DNA of 64,000 nt from Daphnia carinata. Taxonomy: Eukaryota. The position numbers and the translations under genes are program-made. The notes under the pieces were generated by a model. It worked only from the letters and a program-made list of their open reading frames with translations, did not search any database and was not told the origin of the DNA. Shown piece by piece: positions 54,290 to 64,000 of the stretch (positions within the stretch are counted from its first letter, which is position 1; every line of letters begins with the position of its first letter). The DNA is taken from NCBI RefSeq assembly GCF_022539665.2, contig NC_081333.1:6510001-6574000 (forward strand), written 5' to 3'.

Positions 54290-54597
54290 TTGTTTAGGTT
54301 CAGAACTTCCTCCTTAAGACTTGATAAAGTACTAAGGCTTGGTCTAGAATTTCCTCCATCTCTTTCACCTCTGCCAGAAGATAACTTACCAAGCACAGCT
54401 ATCAATAGAGAAACTTCTCAAAAATTTGAACTAAAACCATATTACCTCTTGTTTTAGGTTCTGCACTTCCTCCATTAAAACTTAACAAAGTACTAAGGCT
54501 AGAGTTGAACTCTTTCACCTCTGACAGAAGGTAGCCTACCAATCACAGCTTCAATAAAATTCCTTCTCAAACATTTGAAGTAAAACCATATTACCTC
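54290..54597. repeat. Diverged tandem duplication, two units of about 150-160 bp
   Basis: Both units read TTTAGGTTC..ACTTCCTCC...AAAGTACTAAGGCT...CTCTTTCACCTCTG.CAGAAG...CACAGCT...TTTGAA.TAAAACCATATTACCTC. Confidence 0.9.
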
Positions 54598-56092
54598 CTG
54601 ACTTATTAGTGATTAAAGGGGAAATTATGCATTCAGGGAAAGTGTCTTGACTATTTCAGATGTAAATGGACTTCCAGATACTGAAGAACCATTATTATTC
54701 CCATTAATTGTCGATTGGGAGGGAGGACAGTTGTCCTTATGACCAGACCAAACGACATGACGTTAATTTTTTCAGTATAATTAAATAAAACCTTTTACCA
54801 CCATGGGGGGTAAGAAATCTTTTCTCGATTTAGAATTCAATGGTTATTATTTAATTATGATAGTAGGTTCTGGCTGTCACGGCTCGATAATCAATAATCT
54901 GGAATGTGCTCGGCGAACCTTCGTTAACCAACATCAACACCATCAGGCGATTGGGCACACGAACAGAGGTTCGTGTTAAAGATTGTTTTAACGTAAAAGT
55001 GACTTTGGCTGGAAGAGAAAATCATCTTTCACTCTTAGTGTTCGAGAATGAGCGTTTGCGGACCTGATTGGACGGAGATGGTTTCGAACTTTAATGTATA
55101 TCGATTGGAATATTTTTATCAAACTTGAAGCTATAACTATCTGATCAAATGTTCCCATCCGCACTAAGAACAAGTTGAAAGCAGCGGCCATGACGCATAC
55201 AACTAAGCCATTCCATTTTATCGCGAAAATACAAAACATCGAGCTGCGCATGATATTGGATAGCAGGGGCAACCTCATCCGTCGTCCAGCAATAAATTTG
55301 AGAAGAACTGCGTAGCCCTGCCTTGACTCCTACGACTCAGGTAATGTGCGACATTTCAAATAACATCGTGAAACTGATGGGAGAATGAAAGGTCAAGGTA
55401 GAGTCCATTGGCCAAATGACAATGCTTCCATTAATTGTTACATATGACGATCACATTGAAGCAATTATTGGTACCCGATGATTCTCACTCATTTCTTTTA
55501 ATTTTAATTCGATATTTATCAACATAGTGTTCCATCTACCTGTGAAATTAGTGGAATAGGTTACGAAAAGAAGGACGATACGTCTAAGTATTTCGAAGTG
55601 AAATTTTATCCTGTCATTTACCTTGTAATAACTTTTCCTTAGGTTAACTCAGAAATCCTTGGTTGAGGCGAAGAGCTTAAACCAATTTATTTTATTTCGA
55701 TCCAAAAGTCAAAATTCAAGGTTAAGACGGTTTGTTTGTATTTATTTCTTCAAAACATTTTGGTTACACGCTCTATCGTGTTGATAAGGTCCTCGTGAAA
55801 GGTTTACTGGTACGCATAAGGATACGGACGAGATAGCTTATGGCACGGCACGGAATCCAACGTTGATGCTGGAATTTGATTCCTTGAATTCCTATTCATA
55901 TGCCGAAATGGTGAGCAAACTCTTCCTGAAACATATAAAACCTGGTGAAAATCAAGCGTTGGAAAACCCGTGTCCTTGCCAAAATTTCGTTTTGAAAAAA
56001 TTGTATACAGGGGGATTTGTTTTTAAACTATTAGAAACATAGAGATCCAACCATATATATATATTTTAAGTGGGCGTATTCGCCCTTGTGAG

Positions 56093-56207
56093 ATGCGCTA
56101 ATCGACACACACACAAAATGGGAGGAAGTGATTGATAATACTTTAGCTACGGAAATGCGCTAATCGACACACACACAAAAGGGGAGGAAGAGATTGACAA
56201 TACTTTA
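56093..56207. repeat. Direct repeat, two copies of about 53 bp with period 62
   Basis: ATGCGCTAATCGACACACACACAAAA.GGGAGGAAG.GATTGA.AATACTTTA at 56093 and 56155. Confidence 0.9.
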
Positions 56208-57258
56208 CCCCACCGTGTTTTGCGCTGAACTCACTACGTAAAAGCAGCCAGAAATGCGTCTGCTTTTACACCAAACTATTAGCTGTAACAGAAAAAAAAC
56301 ATTGAGTTCAGCGCCTCAGGTGGGAAAAGGAAAAACTATTTTTGACGGGAAAAATTTAGCACCGTCTTCACTTTAAAAAATTCCCTTTCCTGAAATAATT
56401 AATATTACGTGATATTACAAAAAAGGGATATAGTTTAATGAATAGCCTATTGATTAATGTAATTGCGAGGTCTAGGAAACATTTCCTTGTATGGAAAAAT
56501 TTTTTATAAAAAATGAGGTAGTGTCATTAGGTATCTTGTATGCTAAACACAGTATTCGGTTAATACATGGCTAGCATGCTTGTCAATAACTCTTATAGAT
56601 AGAAAACTGAAAAACATTTTTCTATTGGGCGGGTTTGGCGCAAAAACACGAAAGTTGGGTTGGGTAGTTTAAGTCCAGGCACCTTTTTCTAGTGCCTCAG
56701 GTGTTATGAAAAATGTCTGGAAAAGTAGTGTAAACTCTTTTTTGTTGGTCCCCTAACCCCTTCCCTCAGGCTAAGATGAAAAATAGGTAATAAACACTCG
56801 TGTGAAAATTTTTTTCCTTACACCGGGATGAAACCACAGCTATCCGTGTCGGACTTCGAACCTATGCCACTGAGATATTACTTCTTAAGACACCTATGTT
56901 ATGGATATCTATTCGATTATTTCATGCAGGCTGAACGGAAGAAAACGTTATGGTATATGCTGCTGAATTGTTTAGTCATTATGGGGCGTAAGCGGTACCG
57001 TGTGTTCCAAACTTCACATATGTAATAACCTTTATAAAACATATTGTTCAGTAATCTAATCTATCCCACTAGCTTTGCTTGCCTACTGGTAGACCACTAC
57101 TGACATTTATTAAACATGAAACCAAAGGTAGATATCATGGTTATAAAATACAACGATATAGATATGTCGAGTGGTGTATCCCAAAATCAATCGATATATC
57201 GGTTTTGCAAAATACATCGATTACATAGCATTGTAGTTCACGATTTTTCCAAATTTCT

Positions 57259-57316
57259 ATGAGACAGTGGTTAGAGTTGCTGAAACAGGTACGAAAGGCA
57301 GAGGTTTAAGCCCACC
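57259..57316 (+). pseudogene. Possible degenerate tRNA-derived sequence (SINE head or tRNA pseudogene)
   Basis: A-box-like CAGTGGTTAGAG and B-box-like GGTTTAAGCCC at tRNA-like spacing (about 34 nt). The cloverleaf stems do not pair convincingly. Confidence 0.3.
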
Positions 57317-58859
57317 AAATAAATTATTCGAAAACTTTACTTACTTTATAAAAAAATAACGATGAGGAGTTTCCAAATGATAACAAAAGAGGACATCGAG
57401 AAATGTGGTAATGTAAGGGGGGTAAGCAGTTGGGGTGCAACAAGAAGACGAAAATTGGTTACAAAAAAACCATACCCCAATTCTGGTAATTAAGACATTG
57501 GCTAACCGCGTGAAGGTTTTCTTTTGTTGCATTGAGTAGGAAATCCGTATTTGGTTATTATTTTTACTGGTAGATGGCAAATATCATATGCACCTATAGC
57601 ATTTTCCGATGTGACATCATCGTGTTTTCCGATACGATGTATCGTTAATCGAATCCCTAAGGGACAGTTAAAAGCGACAGCTGTTTTCGCCGATGCTTCT
57701 TCAATCAATTAAATAAACGCCATGACATACGAGAGGGGCACGGCGAAACAGAAAAGGAATGGAGAAAGCAGTTGATGTGTGTTGATGTTCATGTACAAGC
57801 AGTTTACAGCCTAAAAACATGAAAAGTCAACTCGCGTCCAAAGAACAATGGACTAGGACTCAATCAATTCCATTTACAGAAAATAAAATTATCTCGTTTG
57901 CTTTGTTTCCTTTCCGAAAACACATTTCCATTGACGTGATTAGCTTTGCATTTTAAATGGCGAAATAAAATTAAAGGGGCTTAAGACAAACTCCTTGCTT
58001 GCTATAATTATCAAGTGTCATTGTCTTTTCCATAAAGTGTATTTGTTCTCCTTATTTGTGATTGGATATAACTAATAAGTTGGATATCGCGCCATCCGTT
58101 TCCATGAATCTCAATTAATCGTGCGTGCGACGCTCCATTGACTCATATTCTTCTTGCATCAATTCGGAAGCGCTCTGTTTATATATATAATTTTATTAAT
58201 ATCCGAAACCTATAAGAGGATGCCCCTTGTGTTTTCCTAGTTAGTTCCTTAGTTCTCAGTTCCCCAGTTCAGCAGTGACGTTCAGTCAACTCACCTACTT
58301 CAGCTCTTCAGTTTCAAGTTATCAGTTAACCATTATGCACAGCTATGTGTTTTGTTCAACTCAGTAGAGCTCCGTTTCATTCAGTTTAATATTTACTTTA
58401 TATGAATATCTGCACGTGCTATTTTTACTCGCAGTATGTTCGTCAAGCCTTGTTGTTCCATCATTCATCCCGATTTGCACCGTCTTATATTTCCCTTTCC
58501 ACGGTATAACGCGGTAAGCCTTAATTGTATTACTCTCTCATTTTTCCCAGTTTTTAGCTAATTTTCGTATTTGTGTCTTTGTTACATTATTCTTTTTAAT
58601 CTTTTTTGTTTACATTTCTTTTTTGGCCTACTATTAGAAAAATATATTCGGCATTGTGGTTAAACCGCCTCTGAGTTCTTTCCTTCTATTTAGTTATTCG
58701 TCTTCATTACGTAAGGTCATTTCACCTCACGAGGAGAATGCTTTACGCATGTGATTAATTCTTATACTAGTAATGAATACTTCTTTTATACAAACGTTAG
58801 CCACGGTTTCTTTCATTACTAGCGCCTTGAATTCAAAGGGCAAGGTGGGTAAGGTGCAA

Positions 58860-59648
58860 GGCTTCTTTGTGTCCAATATCCGAGAATGTGTAGGCTCACG
58901 AAGTGGAGGCTAATGTTACACATCCGTCTGTGAATCCGCCTAGGCTGCTCTGCGGTATATTCCTTAGGGCATTGTTTATCATCGCTCGGGTTTTAGTTAG
59001 ATTGCTAGTGGCGTCAGTTTTCGTCATTGAGAAGTAAGATGCCGTGTGAGGTGTAGTAGTCCAGGGCGGAGGGATTTTTCTTTGTGTTTGGTATCCGGAA
59101 TGGTCAGAAAACAGATTATAATGGAGAGTAGTAATCTCACCTAGCATTGAAGAGATGATGAGGTGCTTCTGAGGGACCATGTTGAGGTGTTGTTGAAATG
59201 CTGCTGGGCTGGCTGATATGTCGAGTTGTTAGGTTTGCTCAGTTTGATTAGGTATCGGGCCATGAGCCATTTACATTTTCTTCTAACCGATTCCAGTTCA
59301 AGGTCTTTTTAGAGGATATCCACCGTTGTAGATGTAAAAGCTCCCACTATCAACTGTAAGACTCTTCGACAGATGATGTCCATCTTGGCTGGGTTGGTGC
59401 AGCTTGTGCCCCTATAGGCAATGATGCCATAGTCAAAGATATTGCGAACCAGTGATTTAAATAGGGTCACTAATATCTAGGTATTCAGACCGAATGTTGT
59501 TTTAGTATGCATGCTAAAGAGATTTCGCTTCTTCAGACAGCTGGTGGCAACAGAGTTGACGTAGGCGGACCATATTGGCTTCCGGTCAAAGATGACTCCA
59601 AGGAATTTAACCTCTTTGATCGGTGTGATGCGACGGCCGTGTAACTCC
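58860..59648 (-). mobile_element. Non-LTR retrotransposon (LINE, RNase H-containing I/Nimb/R1-like) fragment
   Basis: Minus strand reads KEVKFLGVIFDRKPIW...CLKKRNL...LVTLFKSLVRNIFDYG...RRVLQLIVGAFTSTT (post-RT region, with stops), then IPPPW and FTDG (start of RNase H). Confidence 0.88.
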
Positions 59649-60035
59649 TAAAATATTTTACGCTTAATGGTTAGGTATAAAGGTGAGATAGGCAGGATGT
59701 CACTAGAATAAATGAAACGTGAAAATAACCAATGAAACGTACTGTATGAAAACGTACGCTCATATCTTGCAAAGCGTAATACGACGGAAACAATTATTTA
59801 GGTAGCCAGAGGCCAGGTGGCGCTACTGCCTTATGCGAGCAATCAAAATTCTAATCTGGTAGCTCCATTACGTCGCTCCTCCCATTCGCCGCCAGGCGGC
59901 AGCATAGCTTTGACGAATAACTTTTGAAAAAGCCGAGCGAGATAGCTTTTCTAATAGCACCATTGCATAGCGGGGTGAAGCATAGCATGCCAGGTTGAGC
60001 GGCGGGTGCTGGATAACATCCGGGGTATCAGGTGC

Positions 60036-60075
60036 GGGTGACAATAATATTATTGTCACCCACAATAATATTATT
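60036..60075. repeat. Perfect 26-bp palindrome plus 14-bp duplication
   Basis: GGGTGACAATAATATTATTGTCACCC (60036-60061), followed by ACAATAATATTATT (60062-60075), a copy of 60041-60054. Confidence 0.93.
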
Positions 60076-61527
60076 CCTGTCGATCCTATGCACTGTGTGT
60101 ATCTGGGAGTTACAAAGAAACAGTTGACTTCACTATTGTCTGGACCGCTCAGCGTTCCCCTCCGAAAAGTAAAATATGATTTATTCAACACCAACTTGGA
60201 GCATGTTTCCAAAAGTATGCCAAGAGAATTTGCACGGAAGCCCCGTTCATTAGCGCTTGTGAAACGTTGGAAGTCAACGGAATTCCGCCAATTTATCCTG
60301 TACACTAACCCTGTTGTTCTTCGAAATTGCCTACGCAAAAGGGTTCTTTACAATTTTTTAGCTCTGCATGCAGCAATCCGTATATTTGCATCGCCGAAAT
60401 TTCATATAACTCTAAATAGGATTGCCCATGATTACGTACTTTTGTTCCTGGATGAGTGCGAACAATTGTACGACAGAAAGCAAATTACCCAAAATTACCA
60501 CCTTTTATCACATCTTTCCGAGTGCGTGAAGAAATTTGGCCCGTTAGAGCAATTCAGTGCCTTCCCTTTTGAAAACTGCCTTGGCAAAATTAAGCGGATG
60601 ATAAGATGCGGCAATAGGCCCTTGGCTCAAGTAGTAAGAAGAATATCCGAGGAATACAATATTCCCTCAACTGAAATTGGGCTATATTACGCTAGTGGTG
60701 GCATCCACCTTTCTAACCAACATGCAACTGGCCCAATTCTTGCTGGCGATAGCCAAGAAAGCTGGCAACAATTTAGTGTATTGCATCTAAATGATGTGAA
60801 AATAGGTTGTAAAGAAACCGAACAACACCGTTCTTCTAAAAGATGGAACGATTGTTTCAGCAAAGAATTTTGCCAAATCACCGGATGGAACGTGCGGGAT
60901 TTTTGGAACGACATTCCAAAAAAAGGAGGATTTGTACAACTATCCCTTGCCATCTTCAACCCTGGATATTCACCGCGTAAGCAATTTATCTTCCGAGTTA
61001 AAGCGCTGGCAAGTAAACCAAATTGGATGTAAAACAGTATTTCTGAAATTACCAAGCAATAATCTCGACCTGGTTGAGGAGTATGCTGTTATACCATTAC
61101 TTCACCATTATTAATTTTTGTGCGGTTATCGAATCATAACGAAATGGAGAAATAAACATTTGTTCTGTCCAGTATATGCATAAAGTATAGTTACTTTCTT
61201 AGTTATTAAGATCAGTAAGGGTAGAACCCATTTTCGCAAATGTATTGCTATAGTATAAAAGTAAATAATCATAAAAGCACAACATTTAAATGATGCCGCT
61301 TTGATGCCGATTTCGTGCCTTGAACGTGTGTCGGCTCTCTCCGTCATCTCCGGAAGGTTTCGGGTGACGAGATGGTACCCTTTTCATACCCGAATTGAGG
61401 ATGCCTTAGGTATCCTGCAAACGGGGTACCATTTTGGTGCCGTTTTGGTGCCTGAAATCGGTGCGGATGCCTTTCCGGCATGTACGGCACCTTTCGGGTA
61501 CCGAAACGGCACCGCGTGCTACTAGGG
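60070..61527 (+). mobile_element. 3' portion of an EnSpm/CACTA (CMC) DNA transposon with transposase C-terminal half and right terminus
   Basis: PVDPMHCVYLGVTK, PREFARKPRSL..VKRWKSTEFRQFILY, NYHLLSHL...FGPLEQFSAFPFENCLG.IKR....NRPLAQVVRRISE. A frameshift near 60820 leads to PNNTVLLKDG...YPLPSS...VIPLLHHY* (61114). GGTACC/GGTGCC-type subterminal repeats at about 61290-61515. Terminus GTGCTACTAGGG (reverse complement CCCTAGTAGCAC) at 61527. Confidence 0.88.
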
Positions 61528-61741
61528 ATGGCACTAAAAACTTGCCATAGCTTGTGCGCTCAATTTCACATCCAAACTTGCAAAGCTAGTGGCACCTAGC
61601 GGAAGAAGAAAGCATCGTGTGGGAAAAAGATAGATGACATTTGAAGCTTGTCATTGTCAGCTGTACTGTCTGACATTTATCCCGTCCTGCTGTATTCTAG
61701 CTTTAGACGCTTCGACGATGTAAAAATCATCTTTTAAAAAA

Positions 61742-63992
61742 ATGGAGCTCCAGTTCAAACTAAAAATTTTCCTAATAATTTGGATTCAAACTGCAAATGG
61801 TGAGTGAATAAATAAATTTTTTCCATTATCAAGCTTTGTAGATACTTAAAACTATTTTTGTTACTTCATTTGAAGCGTTCTCGTCAGTCCCAAGTCTAAA
61901 ACATTACGACACATTGCATTCCTCACAACTTGGACATTCAGTAGTAAAGCGGGGAATAAAGGAAAGCTCCCACCCTTACAACTCAATCAAAGAGCTATCC
62001 TTTTCTGCACTTGGGAAAGATTTTCGGTTGATCTTGCACCCGAGTAAAGGGATATTGCATCACAATTTTCAGTCATATGCAGTGGATGGTGATGGGGTGG
62101 AAAAACCTATCCTTGGAGGTATATCAAAATATTAACAAAGTTAGTCATAATTTTAATTTATTGTCATACATTACTAGGGGAAACTGGATTCTACCAAGGT
62201 AGAGTGTTTGGTGAAACACGTTCACATGTAAATGCACACATAGAAGATGGACTCTTAACTGCTTCAATTGTTACGAAAGAAGATTCTTTTCATGTTGAAG
62301 TAGTGCCATAAATGCTATCTCCGTTGGCTATGTCATTATCTTATTATTTTTTTCTTTTCTTTGTTAGCCCTCATGGAGACACTTACCAGAGTCCAATCCA
62401 GAATCCATGATTGTTTACAAAGGTTCTGATGTCATTTTTGATCATGAACCTCCCAAGTGGAATTTTTGGACATCAAATTCTGTTGAAAAAAACCATTCTT
62501 TTGCTAGAACATGTGCATTTGTTCAAGAAGAAGGGAATGCTACAGGCAAACTGTTATAGAACTCTTGTTATAACAAAATAATTTTCATTTAGTACTTTCT
62601 GTTTAGAAGAGGCAGTGCATGCGTCAGAGCAAGTAATGATATTGGAGGCGGAGAACAATGGTCGTAACAAACGACAAGCTGGTGTTGGGCCACCGGATCC
62701 TTACGGTTTTAGTGCAGCCAAAACTCGTTGCCCTTTACTATTGGTTGCCGACTACCGCTTTTTCCGTGAAATGGGCGGGGGATCTACCAAGACAACCATA
62801 AACTATTTGGTGGGTTAATCTTTCATTATTAAGTGCTACGAAATTTTAATTCCAATCAACTCTTACCATATTACAGATTAGCCTGGTGGATCGAGTTCAC
62901 GCTCTGTATGCAGCCACAATATGGCGAGACGGTAATGAAAACGAAAGTGATTCTCCGGTATTATCGGGGTTAGGATTCGTGATCAAAAAGATCGTGGTGC
63001 ATACAGAGGCTACGCGAGTTAGGGAAAGCGAGCTTCACTACAATATGGAAAAACCGACTTGGGATGTTCGCACGCTCCTTGAAGTAATTCAGTTTCCTGG
63101 CTAAACTTCATTCTACTGTTATTATGCATAATTTCCGTTCTGTTTGAAAATAGGTTTTCAGCCGAGAATATAGCCATAAAGACTATTGTCTAGCACACTT
63201 ATTCACAGACATTAAATTTGAGGGAGGCATATTAGGTTTGGCATATGTTGGAAGCCCTAGGCGCAATTCAGTTGGCGGGATCTGCACGCCAGGTAAATAT
63301 TTTGGATATGTTTGTTATTCTTGTCTTTCTATTTATTTTATTTCATTTACCATTATATGTTTCAATTCATTCCTAAAAGAATACTTCAAAAGCGGTTACA
63401 CGCTTTATTTAAACTCTGGGTTAAGCTCTTCACGCAATCATTATGGTCAAAGGGTAGTAACGAGAGAAGCAGACTTAGTGACGGCTCATGAGTTAGGACA
63501 CAACTGGGGTTCAGAGCACGACCCGGATTTACCCGAATGTAGCCCACCTGCTTCGCAAGGCGGTTCCTACTTGATGTACACTTACTCAGTTTCGGGTTAT
63601 GACGTCAACAACAAGGTAAAATTCTTATACTATATGTTGTCCGGTTAATCAATAATTCACCTCATTCCCGATCTTCAAGAAATTTTCGCCTTGTTCTTTG
63701 AGATCTATACGAGCTGTTCTGCTTGCAAAAGCTGGTCGTTGCTTCACGGAACCAGAAGAATCCTTCTGTGGAAACTTACGTGTTGAAGGAAAAGAAGAGT
63801 GTGATGCCGGTTTACTGGGGTCCGAGGACAATGACAGTTGTTGCGACAAGTTTTGTAATTTGCGCCGCAACCAGGGTGCTGTATGTAGTGACAAGAACTC
63901 TCCGTGCTGCAAAAACTGTATGCTGATGCCAGCCGGTCAGAAATGTCGCGAAGCTCAAAGAGCCACCTGCGAACAAGAGGCTAAGTGCACAG
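61742..63992 (+). CDS. ADAM17: ADAM17/TACE metalloprotease-disintegrin, 5' part (continues beyond the window)
   Basis: Exons 61742-61799, 61876-62118, 62178-62299, 62368-62545, 62607-62809, 62877-63083, 63154-63292, 63380-63615, 63680-63992, phase-consistent. Signal peptide, prodomain, furin site [16 protein letters not shown], zinc motif [12 protein letters not shown], Met-turn (YLMY) and disintegrin start ([15 protein letters not shown]). Confidence 0.97.
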
Positions 63993-64000
63993 GTAAAGGG

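Noticed and set aside
54290..56207. Repeats as a CRISPR-like array
   Set aside because: Only two-copy duplications, with no repeat-spacer periodicity and no cas genes.
59995..61032. 345-aa ORF as an intact gene
   Set aside because: It has a TTG start in unrelated sequence, lacks the transposase N-terminal half, and its last ~70 residues are off-frame after a frameshift.

Overview
Eukaryotic, AT-rich genomic DNA with many short (about 60-110 nt) spliceosomal introns. It is arthropod-like and most consistent with a cladoceran such as Daphnia (inference, not verified). Most ORFs in the supplied track are spurious. Four host genes can be spliced by hand: (1) a Beat-family-like two-Ig cell-surface protein (+, 25455-39644), whose signal-peptide exon lies about 10.9 kb upstream of exon 2; (2) fl(2)d/WTAP (-, 44418-42940); (3) ARV1 (+, from 46111), apparently 3'-truncated; (4) ADAM17/Tace (+, from 61742, running off the window). 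About 3-25 kb is gene-free, homopolymer-rich, probably regulatory sequence. Between ARV1 and ADAM17 lies about 15 kb of transposon debris: a decayed DIRS retrotransposon (gag, RT, RNase H, Dam-like methyltransferase, N-terminal part of the tyrosine recombinase) carrying two nested solo LTRs with intact target-site duplications, an RNase H-type LINE fragment, and the 3' end of an EnSpm/CACTA element that ends about 215 bp before the ADAM17 start codon. A BEL/Pao RT fragment and an Ulp1-like/PHD transposon relic also occur. I found no convincing new biological system; the most interesting points are local structural ones, listed as findings.
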